From positions 496,001 through 560,000 of the forward strand of contig NC_088308.1 in the NCBI RefSeq assembly GCF_910592395.1: a DNA stretch of 64,000 nucleotides, in the 5' to 3' direction. Below are positions 1-12,650 of this stretch, piece by piece. A program made the position numbers and the translations under genes. Each line of letters opens with the position of its first letter. Within the stretch, counting starts at the first letter, position 1. Under the pieces are notes generated by a model that was given only the letters and a program-made list of their open reading frames with translations, ran no database searches and was not told where the DNA came from. The DNA comes from Lineus longissimus (lineage: Eukaryota).

Positions 1-853
1 GATAGTTGTACAGATTTTTCTCAACATATCGTATGTATATACCTCAGTGATATAAAATATTATCTTTGCAGTTGATTTAACGTTTGAATGACCTTTTTTA
101 AAAAGTTTTTCAAAATCGAGGTCAGCAGGTCAGACACAATCATTTATTGTTTTGAAAGACTCCGGCAGGGTCAAAAGAAACAGTTGTTGGCGCCGATGAT
201 GTCAGCAATATGGCGAATTTCCGCCCCACCCGTGAGATTTGCTCTCGTCAAGTCATGAGCACATTGAACTGCTAGTGAACCGTGCTCAATATGTACCGGC
301 TACCGCTCTCTCCATCATCATCAACGACGATATATGTCGGTGCCGGCCGTGCGAGGTCGTTCAATGAAAAAGACGCACGCCACTGCCGTACCCGTACCTG
401 AGAAAACTTGCCGTTTTAGGCAGATTTGCGATGATTGAAACAATACATCTACCTCATAATTCATGTACTCGAACGCCCGGAATCAGTATGTGCTGGAGTT
501 TGAAAAGTTTGGGTGCGGGGTATGATAATGATGATAATGAAAATGTTTACATCTGTACATGGATGATTAGATAGCAAGACAAGGAAGAAGAAAAAAAGAA
601 AAAAAAATTAGGCAGATTCACCGGGGGTCGAACCCGTGACCAGCCGATCCAAAGTCAAACACCTTCAGCGCTGAACCGTCAAGGCTTTCATGTTGAAATG
701 AAGATTTTATTTGCCTCTTATATGCGGTATGCAAACGAGCGCGCCACAATAGTGACAAGGTCGCGCAGGTGGCAAAGTGATTAGCCGAAATAGTTCCAAG
801 TAAACGTATATTTCGATAGTTGTACAGATTTTTCTCAACATATCGTATGTATA
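1..853. repeat. 39-bp exact direct repeat (1-39 and 815-853); first copy cut by the window edge
   Basis: gatagttgtacagatttttctcaacatatcgtatgtata occurs identically at 1-39 and 815-853. Confidence 0.9.
617..686 (-). mobile_element. tRNA-derived SINE head or tRNA(Gln)-like pseudogene
   Basis: Minus strand reads AGCCTTGACGGTTCAGCGCTGAAGGTGTTTGACTTTGGATCGGCTGGTCACGGGTTCGACCCCCGGTGAA. It has a B-box/T-arm (CGGG-TTCGACC-CCCG) and an anticodon-like loop CTTTGGA (TTG), and is followed by a T-rich tract. The acceptor stem does not pair. Confidence 0.55.
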
Positions 854-1196
854 CTTCTCTTTCTATATCGCTCACAGTCAATTTCCTTATTTTTCATGAA
901 TCGACCTAACTGCTTCTCGTCGTTAGCCTATCTTTAGATGTTTACACAGTATATGTTTATGGCCAAGAGTCGCCTTAGGCTCGACATGTTAACATGGTCA
1001 TTAATGGAAAGACAATCTTCATCTTCCAGTCAAATGATCTGAGACGGCAAGTGTCGACTAGAAAGCTTGATCACCTTCAACTGGGTGTTGCAAAGAGGGT
1101 TAACAGGGCCTACACTTTTACTTTTCTGTTGAACAACTGCTCATGCAGCATCTTAGTCCTACACGACCCCCCCCCCCCCCCCCCACACACACACAC

Positions 1197-1316
1197 TGGG
1201 TGATATGAATAAAGACTAGCAAATGCTTTTACTCCGGTTTTGTACAGAAAGGCCTAGTGTAAATGTACATGGAGATTTAGATAAAAGCATTTGCTAGTCT
1301 TTATTCATATCACCCA
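1197..1316. mobile_element. MITE-like foldback element, 120 bp, with perfect 35-bp inverted arms
   Basis: tgggtgatatgaataaagactagcaaatgctttta (1197-1231) is the exact reverse complement of 1282-1316, with a 50-bp spacer. It sits next to a poly-C/(CA)n tract. No clear target-site duplication. Confidence 0.7.
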
Positions 1317-3768
1317 TTGTCTACGACACCTTCCACTTCTCCAAAACTGGGAGCTTTATTGCCTAAATACTTAGTACACTGGAGCACATTATCTATGGCT
1401 GCCTTAATCTTGGCGAACGGATACTGTTTTTCTTTCAGATGAGTCCTTATCAATTAATAGTAATGGTACAATCAATTGGCGACAGGTTATGAAGGAAATA
1501 CTAATTGCAATGAGGTCATCTTCGCAAGTCATGAAAGAGAAAAGTTCCATGGTGTGACGTCAATTGAACTCTTTGCAGATGTGGATATACTAGTATGTCT
1601 AATGCTGTCTTGAGGCAACGTATTAACAGTGCCATTAACGGTCTGGGGAAGCGTACTTTCATGACATGTACTAATAGGAAAAGAAAACGTCGGCACCATT
1701 AGCTTTTCATTCCCAGAAATTGCAAATCAAACTGGGTACAGAACAAGTAGTGTCAGACACTATGCAGATAGACATCAATGCCTGCTGAACAATAAGGAGG
1801 GATTCTCAGAACATTCTTACAGATAACAACATTTAACTCATGTCGTCTATTAGATAGGACATCCGTTGAACAAAATTGACTTATTCGTCGAATGTGCTTG
1901 TTTCATTGGCTCAAAACGAATCTTGCCGACAGTGACGCCCAAAAAATAGATAACAATGCGAAATGAGTCAGGAAAAAGTATAGGACAAAAAATGGTAGCC
2001 ATTAGTGGTAAAAGCCTCGCTGACACTGTGGTGTATCAAATGGACAAAGGCAGCTCTTGGCTGTGCTTGGAAGAAGGCTTTGATTCTCGCTTCTGGAAGC
2101 TCAGGAGATAGAAATAACAACGGCTACTTTTTTATTGCATTGAGAGCTATTATTGATGGTGCATCTGGGGACCTTTATTAAGGTTGGATTGGACATCTGG
2201 CCATTTCTAGTGGTTTATTTCGCTTATCCTCCACACCAAGCAACAGTTTAGAAAATTGAACAGTAGCATGTGGATACGACGTGGTCGGAACGATTGCGTT
2301 TCTTGATGATTAAAAACGCGAAAGCTGGCCTATAATTATGAGATCATTGCTTTAAAAGGAATCATAGTGTATCAACTGCACTGTTTATGGATGGTCTCCA
2401 GTGGCAGTCATAGGCCTGTCGAAAGTGATGTTCACGGGAGTACCTCAGATACAGGTTTTACATCATATTTCAACAGAAAATAAACATGTCAATCAGGCCT
2501 GGCAAACCTGTACAGACTCTGTCTCAATGTGTTTTCTCTTTCGTGGTTCCATTACACTTGAATCATATGACTTACTCATGACTGTCATTTCAATAAAAAC
2601 GCATGATTTTAGAAGAAACACTTTCATCAGATTTGATAAAAGTATTGCTAAAGGTCTAGATCAATGAGTCTGTGTGGCTATATCTCAACTTTGGTATTAA
2701 GAAAATCCTATCCTATTACAAGATTTTGCTTGTCATATCCTATAACATGATCAAACAAAATGGATGTTTCCTTGCCAGCACTAGAATATTTTGCCCTACA
2801 TAACACACGAGTGGTTGATGTCACGCCCCCATAATCACCATCTGAGGTTGGATGCCCCGAATGCCCCTTATTGAAATAAGACCTTGCTGTTTTTTCATTC
2901 GATTCAGTACAGTCGTCCAAAATGACAGTGCGTGTCACCTTTTCCCCTCACTTTCGAGCAGGCCATTTTCGTTCTATTCGACATGCATGCCACAGTGATA
3001 AGAAGTCATATTCGTTATACAGGACACAAGATAAAGCACTTTTGGTTATTTTAGGTCCTTTGTCCATACTAGACAGGTGAGACAGAAATCACATTAATCA
3101 TAAAGCAGACGCCATAAACATTAACCTTTTTTTTCCTTTCATTACCAGGCATTTAATTATTGATGTGATAATACTTGTTTTTTCAATCGATTTGTTAAGT
3201 AAATGTTTCACAGTTGCTTTTGTCTCATGAATAAAGTCATTGCTTGGCTATTTTTATCAATCGGGCCATCTAAGATTTCACTTGAGATAACGTATATGCT
3301 GACTTCATTCTTTATTCTATTCGCTCGGCGATAAAAAAAGCCCAGAACTGGTGGCGGAGCGTCATGTTGCATTTCTGTCAGAACAGGACCCCTGTAATGG
3401 GACAACATTTCTTTAAAGCTTGTTCCCAAAACAGTCCCAATAGTTATCAGTAACGAGTCGAGAATATGTCGAAAATCAGTAAAACAGCCGCGTAGTAGCC
3501 ACTGGATCAGTTCACCGAACCGACGCCTAGGCTTTATAAGCCTGCTGAATTCTTCCGCTTCGAAAGATTCTAACCACGAACTTCCCAGTCATTGCGATTG
3601 GTTGCTTGCTCTGTGAATTAAACTGATCAACCGCACTTCGAGTTAATCTAGACCCAGATATCAGATTGATTTTGCTTAAAATGTGGCAAATCTTATTGAA
3701 AGCCAGAGAAATAATCTAATAAAAAAAGATTCGAAATCAACGTGGACGCTGTCATCTCTGATGTGGTA

Positions 3769-3935
3769 GGTTCGTCTCCTGGTTGGTGCAAGGCGTTATG
3801 TGATAGAGAGGGTGACTATGAACGCCAAGGTTTCCTCCGGGATCTTAGGTTACTTTCTACACTACAATTCAAATCACCCAATATTGCTTATAGAGCTAAT
3901 ATTCGTCGTAAGTGGCTCTCAGCACTTAACTCAAT
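3769..3935 (+). mobile_element. Degenerate tRNA-derived SINE remnant (V-domain-like)
   Basis: B-box-like ggttcgtctcc at 3769-3779 is followed by ggtttcctccgggatcttaggttactttctacac (about 3828-3862), which resembles the V-SINE central motif GGTTTTCTCCGGGTACTCCGGTTTCCTCCCAC as I recall it. Confidence 0.4.
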
Positions 3936-6900
3936 ATATTTGTTTACCACCAACGATATGCCTAGCAAGCTGCTAACCCACTTCGACTCATTCCATAGCG
4001 AATCTTCTTAAAGATCTCTCGTACTGTTAAAAGTGTTGAAGTTAAGCATACCAAGACTGATTTATTGGTATTAGCTAGCTTCCCAGTTATCAATAGGTCA
4101 ACAGCATCTCCAGCTGTTCACTGACATCGTAGAATGATTTAGGCAATGTTGATGGGAGCACCTTTCTTAAAGCCGGAAGATTTCTGCAGTTTAGTCTTAC
4201 AAGCTTCATAAGACCACAGGAAAGGTGAAACGCGTCAGAATGACCTTTATTTTGCATACCTTCCATAGAGTATCTTTCTCATTTGTATACGGCAAAGCCC
4301 CAAAGTCTGAGCCAAAATGTCAGACATGATGAAGATGATGATATACCGGATGGATACTGTGTTGCACCCAAACAGGATGGCCATTAGACTGTAAGATGGT
4401 CGTGTGGAATCATTGTGTGCTTCGTCAACTGGGCAATTCAAGTTAGATCACAGATAGACACCTGCTATTTGAAATTCAACAAAATATAAGGAATTGATAG
4501 AGTTTTGGCCGCGGCAACCCCTTGTTAGACAAGATTTAGATACAAGCAACAGCAAAATCCTCATCACTAGGCGAACATTTAGCTAAATATCAAACATTCT
4601 TTAAATTACTTGTCTTCTCATCATCTAACGATTTGGTCGTTGATAGATATTAAAAATGTTTGCGTGAAACAAAAATACGAAAAGAATGTTCATCTTGAGG
4701 CGACAACTTTTAATTACAAAATTTCTTCACATTATTCGGATTTCATCTATCCATATGAGTTCAGGGTAATGATTTATTAGATTGAGTTTCTTGCTAAAGT
4801 GTCTAGATAACTGTATGATATATGCAAGAAACGTATTTCAACGTGTAGACGATGTTACCGTCCATAGGATCATGTTCTCCACAGAACGAACACTAAAAAA
4901 TGCAGCCTTAAGAGTTTACCGTTCTCATGCAATGAAATCACTGTCTGGAAAACAGTTCAATGCCATGGACAATGTATCAAACATGTCATCGTAGCGACCC
5001 AACACTGGCACGATGTTAATTGAAAATTTAGTTTTTAATGATGTTAACATGGAAAACTATTCATCATCATATGCACTGGCTGCACTGATTGATTATAAAT
5101 CTACAAACTAATCATTGTCAAACAATGTGGAAGCCAACTGGGCACCGACGAGATTAATCTTATTAGAGGCTGTTCAGATAGTTATCCCGGCATCATTTTT
5201 AGGACCGAGGCGAGTTACACAAAACAACTTGAGTAGCATATGTGGCATCAATTTCAACTCGGTGTCATCCGCCCAGTTAAAACTCACTGACCATAACGTC
5301 ATGTTAGTTTAAACGTCAAAGTATTGGCTGACTTGTAAGCAACAGCCGTACCCCCGTAGGCGACAACATCAACATTTGGTCAGAATAGCATCCTGAGAAG
5401 AATGATACCACCCCTCTCTCTCCTCTACTTAGCTACCATACATTTTTTTCAATGCTAGCGATCGCAACGGCTATGCTTTTTTAAACTGCACTCACCCTGA
5501 CAAAGCACCATCCCCACCTTAAGGGTTGACTATAGGCACCACTATTTTAACAAGAGCTTGAAATCCTAAAGCAATGATAACACTTTGGTTTAATATGCTG
5601 GTGCACAAGCACATCGTAGTAGCTGCGTTATCACGAATATTCCCTCGTCGTTCATTACCAACGATGTTACGCTATTCTTCTCTAACAACAAAGCTCAGAC
5701 CAACCAAATTGACAAAACGGATACTAGTAATTCAATATCAAAAGATGAATCCTGATTGAGTGAAATTTCCACACACGTAGCAGCAGCAGCCTATCACAGT
5801 TACTGCAGAGTATCAACGGGATCAACCGAGCTGTCATAATCACTTTGCTAAGCACAAAAACGTAAGAAGAATCTATATACTGCTACACGGACACTTAGAA
5901 AAATGATAAAAGCAAGATTCACCTACCAATCTTTTACCAACGCTGTCAAATGAGCTTACATTCAAAGGTCGTTCGATCCACGTATACCGTTTGTTTTACT
6001 TATCTTTCGTCAGCCTAGTGTTCGCCGAATCTATATTCCAATCAGTAATCGATACAAATCAGACACACAACTTGGACTATGAGTAATTTATAATTTCAGA
6101 AAAGGTTAAAATGATATAATCACCGAAAAAGAAGGGAGTGATATTGATTTATCACGCAGAATGTATTCCTTCTTGTGATGGATGATGATTCGCCCTACTT
6201 CCTAATTATGAGAACATCCCAATCCCACGAATAATGACTTTTCCCATATGTCTCCATTAATTAGAAGTTAATCACCTGTATATACCACAAACTCAATCCA
6301 AGTTGTCAGAGGTCAAAATTATGAAAACCCAGAGAATGTTTTGAAACATCAAAAGAAGTATACTATTTGAATAACGCACATGACATATTCCCAGGAGAAG
6401 GCACTGAAAGCTGTTTATTCCCAAAAAGGAACTCTTTTCAGTCTATTCAAACAAACGAAAATTATCAAGTTTATTTCATAAATGTATGACGTTTTCTCGC
6501 AGCATGAGAGTTGTCATCACGTTAAACGTCACAGATACCACAGCATCAATAGTAGCTTTTGTAACTCCCAACGCCTTCTCATTTCAATCGTTCGAACTAA
6601 ACCAGTATTCCTAACAATGCATTGTTGATGTTGATTTGGCGTCTGTACAGCGTCTGCATCTACGTGTCCGAGTCATTGTGTTTTGAGACGCCAGGAACAA
6701 GATAAAATGATACAAGACACGTCGACGAGTGATCAAAGGTGGGATTAAAAGACAGTGACTTTTTACAGACAAGCGGTTGATTCAGGACTTCGCCAAACAT
6801 ATCATGCTTCTCAATGATAACACTTTACAGATATCAGCTCATTTCGTGAAGGTATTCGTGTGCATATTCATGTACGTTTCACACTACAGTCGATTACCTA

Positions 6901-8365
6901 ACAAGTTTCCAAAGTGATGCATCAATGGAAAGGATGATAAATGCCGAGTACTTGATGTTACATGCATATTTTGGCATTCGAGTCTACGACTGGTACGCAC
7001 GTATAATCAAACTCAGGTTCCGACGTCCATAACGTTTATTTTACCTAAGTTTAGTTTGAAGGACATTCCGAGGCGAGTTACATGCATTTACACTGTTTCG
7101 AAGGTGGCACCTTATATTTTAAGGAGGACACATTTTCTCATATATCTTTTAAATCCGTTCCGAAGGGAGCACATCTGCTGGTGTCCTTTATAGTCTGTTC
7201 GATAATGAGGTACTGGTAAAGCTATTCTGCTGTGTATCATTGATATCTCAGCTATAACCATGCACAGAAAATGAAAATGGTTCAATCATTACTGAGAACA
7301 TGTCCTATACCTGTCATTACGATATCTAAACCATTTTGAAATGTTCGAAGCAACGGGTGGGAAATTTGCTTCGACAGTTCGTGACAGAGGACGCACTCTC
7401 AGGTAACCCACCCCCTTTTTGAAAGAGTACACGGAACAAATTACTTTTGACGTACTTTTAAGTGTTTATATACCACGTTCAACCTGTCCAAGCAATAGAA
7501 ATGTGAACGCTGTTAATCGTAGATTTAGAGGGCTTCACCCTGAGCGTTGAGTCTCCGTTTCTTTTTGAAAAAAGCCAGAAGAAACCAAGTAAAAAGCTTT
7601 TGATATTCTAAACAAAGAAGTCGTCAAGATGTAGTGCTTCCTTGAATTGCCTTAACCTTATAAGGTCAGCGATAGAATAACTGCCCAATGGGATCACGAT
7701 CAAGTGGTCTCATTTCACCGTGCTGGGTGCCGTCAAGGCATTTGGATACAATTTCGTTACTAATGAGCAAAAAAGCAACTTTACCAGGCATAATATGTCG
7801 TGCCATTATATGTGTTCATGGTTTTACCTGAGAATGCGTTATTAGAAACCAACGGTTCCATCGTGTCGTTATTCAGTCCAATTCACTCTGCTTTTATTGA
7901 CCCGGTGGCATTTCTGAGGTAAAGGTGATTGCGACCTTCTAATAGACGGAAAAAAGGCCATGTTTGCATACAGCACGCATCTTGTCAGATAAAGGCAAAA
8001 CGATTCGGAACTTCCAAAAAAGCTTCAGGTCGACAACAGTATTTCATTTGAACTCGACCTGATTAAATCACCAACATGGTCAACGAGCTGGAAAAAACAC
8101 AAAAATGTTATGCACTTCTCCTTTGCAGAAGTCACACGCGTGTGCCCACTACGAAAGATGTGCTATGTTCGTTCTGCATCACATGTCAATTGCATCGCCA
8201 TCTACAATCTGTGTTTCAAGCTATACTTAAAGTATCGGTGAATGGACCATCCCGGTAAATTAAACCAATGGAAGTGCATGAATACCATAGTATACATATT
8301 ATAAGCCCTATATTGTAAAACAGCAATTGGATGGAATCTTCAGTCTTGTACATCCACTTCAGGTT

Positions 8366-11300
8366 TTACAGCCAGACACAAAGGGGAATTGTTCCCTTCC
8401 ATTTGCCATTTTCTTGGCAAATTACGGTTATGGTGAGGTCACCTGTAGAAAACCTCTCTTCTTGGCCCTTGCAGCCGACTTCAAGTTGATATCCAATAGG
8501 ATAGTTCATGGACGGATTCAAAACTCTGTAACTTTCTACTGGGGTCGAACTGTCAAGAGAGCATCCGGTCGCTGGGGATAGAAAAGTTGGATGAATAAAG
8601 TGGACCGCCAGTGGTATGAAAACCTTGTCTTCAAACATACGGAGTATACATGTACCAGTAAATAGTATGCAGTCGCCAAGAAGGAACTATACCGAAAGGT
8701 TATTCGAAGCAGTTTACTGTTGTTACAGGTGGTTCGCCTTTGAAGATACCAATCACAGTAGTTTCTGTCAAGTTCTTTGAAATAATTTTTTTTCTTCAGG
8801 AGAGACCTTTACCTTTGTAGCTTAATTTGAAGTAGCCACTGCCATCATGGACACTGGTGAGGAATATAATTGACATGGTATTCCCTCTCGACTCGTAAAC
8901 ATTTCCTTTGACAGCAGTGTCACTGCAAATTATTTGATTCATATATGTTCTTGAAGCAGTAGTTTGAGGGGCTGGTGTTGGAGTCGGTAGGGTTCCGTTA
9001 GTCGGTTCCACAGGCGATGCAGTGGCATTTGTGTCAGGGCCGCTATCTTCAGTGGAAAGGCTGGTATCGGTGATGTTTGCGGACTCGTCAAGAAGGATGT
9101 AATCATATACGCAATTGCTCTTGATGTCTTCAATTCTCACTTGAACAGTTTGGCCGTCTTCTACTTTGATTCTCCACTCGCAGGAAATGTCTCTAGGGTA
9201 GGGTTTTGGGTAGTCGGGGCTTGTTATAGAGCCAGATGTGGACGCCAGGGTGCCGTTGCAAACGGAATACTCTGAAGTAGAGGACGAATAATGAGATTGA
9301 TAGCAAACCTCAGTTTTGTCCAATACTATATGTTATCCTTGAATACGTTCCCACATCACAATGCCGACAATGGTTATATGTTATTACGATAAATTTTATA
9401 ATGAGGATAATTTAGGGCCACTATTACAAGGTCGATAAGCAAAATAACTCTACTCAATGCCTGCAAAACGTAAGCGTTTGCGTCCTCATATGCGAAATTA
9501 TTTCATAATGCTTTATCAGGCAATTTCCAATTAACCGAATTGTCGTGGGACTTTATACTCTCCGAAGGCCGTATCGCTTCCAAATTGTGAGTCAATCTGT
9601 CAAAATACCAAGTTTTGATATTTGGTTTCAAGACCATACTCACTGACACAAAATGGTACATAGCCACCCCAAGTATTGTTCGCCAGACACTCAAGGCTGG
9701 CCTCGTTCACCCTGCTGGGAAAGATGTAGCCACGTTCGCAGCCAACTCTAATTCGGAAGCCTGGTGGTATGTAGCCACCATCATGATTCAGAATTCTCGT
9801 ATGTGCAAGAAGACGGGTATTGTTCAGGCTGCAGCCGATGGCTGAATGGAAACGAAGAACATGCTCTAGTGAAGATGTAACTGCAAACAGCAGACTGTAC
9901 AATACTGAACTCACACACACTCCATCGTTACAACTGTATTTGTTGGAGTGGTGACTTCAGATACACGTTTGATTTCAGCGTCAATGGCACGACGTGTTGG
10001 CATTTCAGTGCATTTTGAACTTTTTCATTCTGGCTTTGGACTTTTTGTTGATAGTGTATAACCATTTGCTGCTATCATGATTGCCTACCTGTATAATTTG
10101 CTAGAAAGCCTTTAAGAGTCTTGTACATGTTTGTCCTAAATGTTAAGGTGAGCCAGTTTGACGCGCTCAGGAAGCTGCTGCCCGTCATAGATGTTCCACA
10201 CAGGATCTGGGCGTTATTCAAGCTACCAGCAACACCATCTAGCTTAACAAAGTCGTTTACACAGTCGCTCTGAGTGTCTTCCAACCTTAACAGGATTCTT
10301 TGTCCGGGCTCAACTAGCATGTTCCAAGAGCAGCTGAGATTCATTGCATATGCTTCGGGATAGCCTGGGCTGGTAAATATTCCCATTTGGTCTGTGACAT
10401 TGCCAATACATTCGGGGTAGTCTGCAACATGAAAAATGAATTGCGAAGTTCGATACATTAGACAGTCGTTGACTTCCTATAAAACAGATGTCTTCGATCA
10501 CTGCTTTAACTGGTGGATTCAAACTTTGAATGCACCGGTTTGACAAAATCTACTAGATGCTTCATTCGCTAATCATTCAACTCATATGTATGATAACAAA
10601 TGATGTAAACTGCCTCGCTACCCGTTAGCATTGTCATTTATTTCAAGGTATCGAATGCAATTTCGTTTAGAGCAAAGTACTATTAGCTGTTGAGATCCAA
10701 AGACCTAAAAAACTAATCGGCTTCCTTTGCACAAATTGGCTGCCAGTGAGTAAATTTAGTATCTTTACCTGCAAGTTGTATTTGAACGTCTTCTTTAAAC
10801 TCGCGTCCATTGATAGCCTCAAAATAGAAACAAACTTCTGAACCATTTCCACTCGGCACAACCTTTGGCGTTGGGTAATGCATGGAAGGGGTTTGGGCTG
10901 ACATCGTCATCACTTCTTGAAAATGGCTTCGAAGATTCTGCTCATAACAGGCCGTACGTCGTCCATATATAGCAGGATTACAAATTCGTGTTACCCCATA
11001 GTCCCTTCGCTTGATAATCACCCTGTCTGCTGATGTCTGGTTCTTTAGGTTCTTCAGGAATGATATTGCCAAGGAATGCTCTGGTTTGATTCTAACACAT
11101 CGCGTCAACGTGGCTACGTTCATTCGTAGGGTGTACCGAAGGGTAGATGATAGGTAGCCCACGGAACGACGTTCTGTATCTGCATTGCAACGTGATGGTA
11201 AGATGATTTAGAACTGCAAGTTACAGAACTTATCACGACTCAATTGAGTGTCTACAATTACTACAATAAAACCATAAAGGACTTCTTTGTATGGTACCAG

Positions 11301-12246
11301 TAATTGTTAACGTTTTGATTTGAGGACAGGATCTTCTCAATGAAACCAGCCTTCAAGTCAGAAAGCGTGAATCAACAAATGACTCAGATTGGCTTATCCG
11401 TTGGGACAAGGTTAAAAGTGCCATCCGACACTCATGATATGGGCACTTGTTAAGAACAACGTCAACATCAACAAAAAGCTTAAGCACACGAGGTGCACTC
11501 TCCACCATCCCGGATTGCTCTAGATGATTTGTGTCAACACTATTCCATACCTTCGTATCTGTATTTCAGAGCACCCCACGCTTGATTATTGGAATCCTTA
11601 TGAAGTGCCAGAATACACAGCACTGAGTTAGTAGTAACATGGAACCCATCAGGGTTGTCGCCATCCCTTATTTTACTATTCTGGTCGTAGACTTTCAGTA
11701 TGAGATCATTCTGCAGGTGCCTGGTCTGGCAGGGACGATTCACATGCCGCCGGTAGTTGTTTGACAACTTGAAGACAATCACCCACGAATCTGGCGTCAG
11801 ATCCAATTCAAGAATGTCAAGGAAGCCATTCTTAAGTTCTGGTCCGACCGTGTAGTTCGCGTCGACGAAGTAGAAGTTAGACGTGCGATGGACGTACTGA
11901 TCATTGCGTGGCGGTGTGATGTCAACTGGGTGAGAAAAAGCAACAGCTTTTATTAACTACCCCGCGTTTATAGTAACAAAAACCGCTCCACCATTTTCGG
12001 GGTATTTCCATTCAATCTGGCGCATTTCGTCTGGTTCAAAGAAGTTAATCAGTTTGACCCTGGTCGATTGTCAGCTGAGTTTTTAGATTTGTCCGCAGAA
12101 ACTCGAGTAAAGGGGATTTACAGTGTATCTAACACGAGGACACTGCGATCATTGACTCTAAAACCAGGAGTGTACTTACTGTAGGTAAAAGCGTTTTGAA
12201 ACATGTATGCCAAAAGGAACAAAGTAGTCGTAGGATGCCGCACCAT
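8366..12246 (-). CDS. Secreted multidomain protein, about 682 aa: signal peptide, two unrecognised modules, CUB-Sushi(CCP)-CUB-Sushi(CCP)
   Basis: Exons (minus): 12246-12180 (MVRHPTTTLFLLAYMFQNAFTY), 11925-11551, 11179-10769, 10421-10089 (CUB: CIGNVTDQMGIFTSPGYPEAYAMNLSCSW...FLANYT), 9841-9644 (Sushi: GCSL...VGCERGY...LECLANNTWGGYVPFC; an alternative in-frame acceptor lies at 9880), 9271-8813 (CUB: CNGTLASTSGSITSPDYPKPYPRDISCEW...FKLSYK), 8571-8366 (Sushi ending ICQENGKWKGTIPLCVWL*). All six introns are GT-AG and phase 1, and the 2049-nt joined frame is open. No transmembrane segment. Confidence 0.85.
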
Positions 12247-12640
12247 TTTGTAAGAAATTCTCGAGAACACCTCAAGTTCTGAAAAATATTCAATGCTCAA
12301 CCCTATCGGACATATGCACAAGAGTGCGCATGTTCATGTCAGTGTGACCAGCGTAAAAGTAGGCGTGCAATGTCTAATCGATGGAGTGCTTTTTTATAGA
12401 AACAACCTACTGACATTGAAATTGGAACAGATAGTAGTAATGTCAAGATGCATGTGCCCTGGTGAGGGAGATATGCATCAAGGCAAAATCAATCGATATT
12501 TGATAAACTTTATTGCCGAAATACAGACTGGTTAGGATTATATCCGTACACCGAAATCCCCAGGCAAAAATATTCCTTTCTATCTATACCTCCCAACTTC
12601 AAGCAAATCTTACACCTTGCATTACTGGCAGAGTTGCAGG

Positions 12641-12650
12641 GATATATATA
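12641..12650 (-). promoter_or_regulatory. Candidate TATA box for the CUB/Sushi gene
   Basis: TATATATA lies about 400 bp upstream of the ATG. An acceptor (tttttcag, about 12280) just before the ATG implies a 5'-UTR intron. Confidence 0.3.

Noticed and set aside
617..686. Functional tRNA-Gln gene
   Set aside because: The acceptor stem does not pair and the anticodon stem is weak; it fits a SINE head or pseudogene better.
1430..8300. Protein-coding gene or transposase in the first 8 kb
   Set aside because: The ORFs are all under 90 aa with no recognisable domain, and I could not build a consistent exon chain.
8327..9845. Plus-strand ORFs 8327-8581 and 9615-9845
   Set aside because: They are antisense shadows of the Sushi exons.
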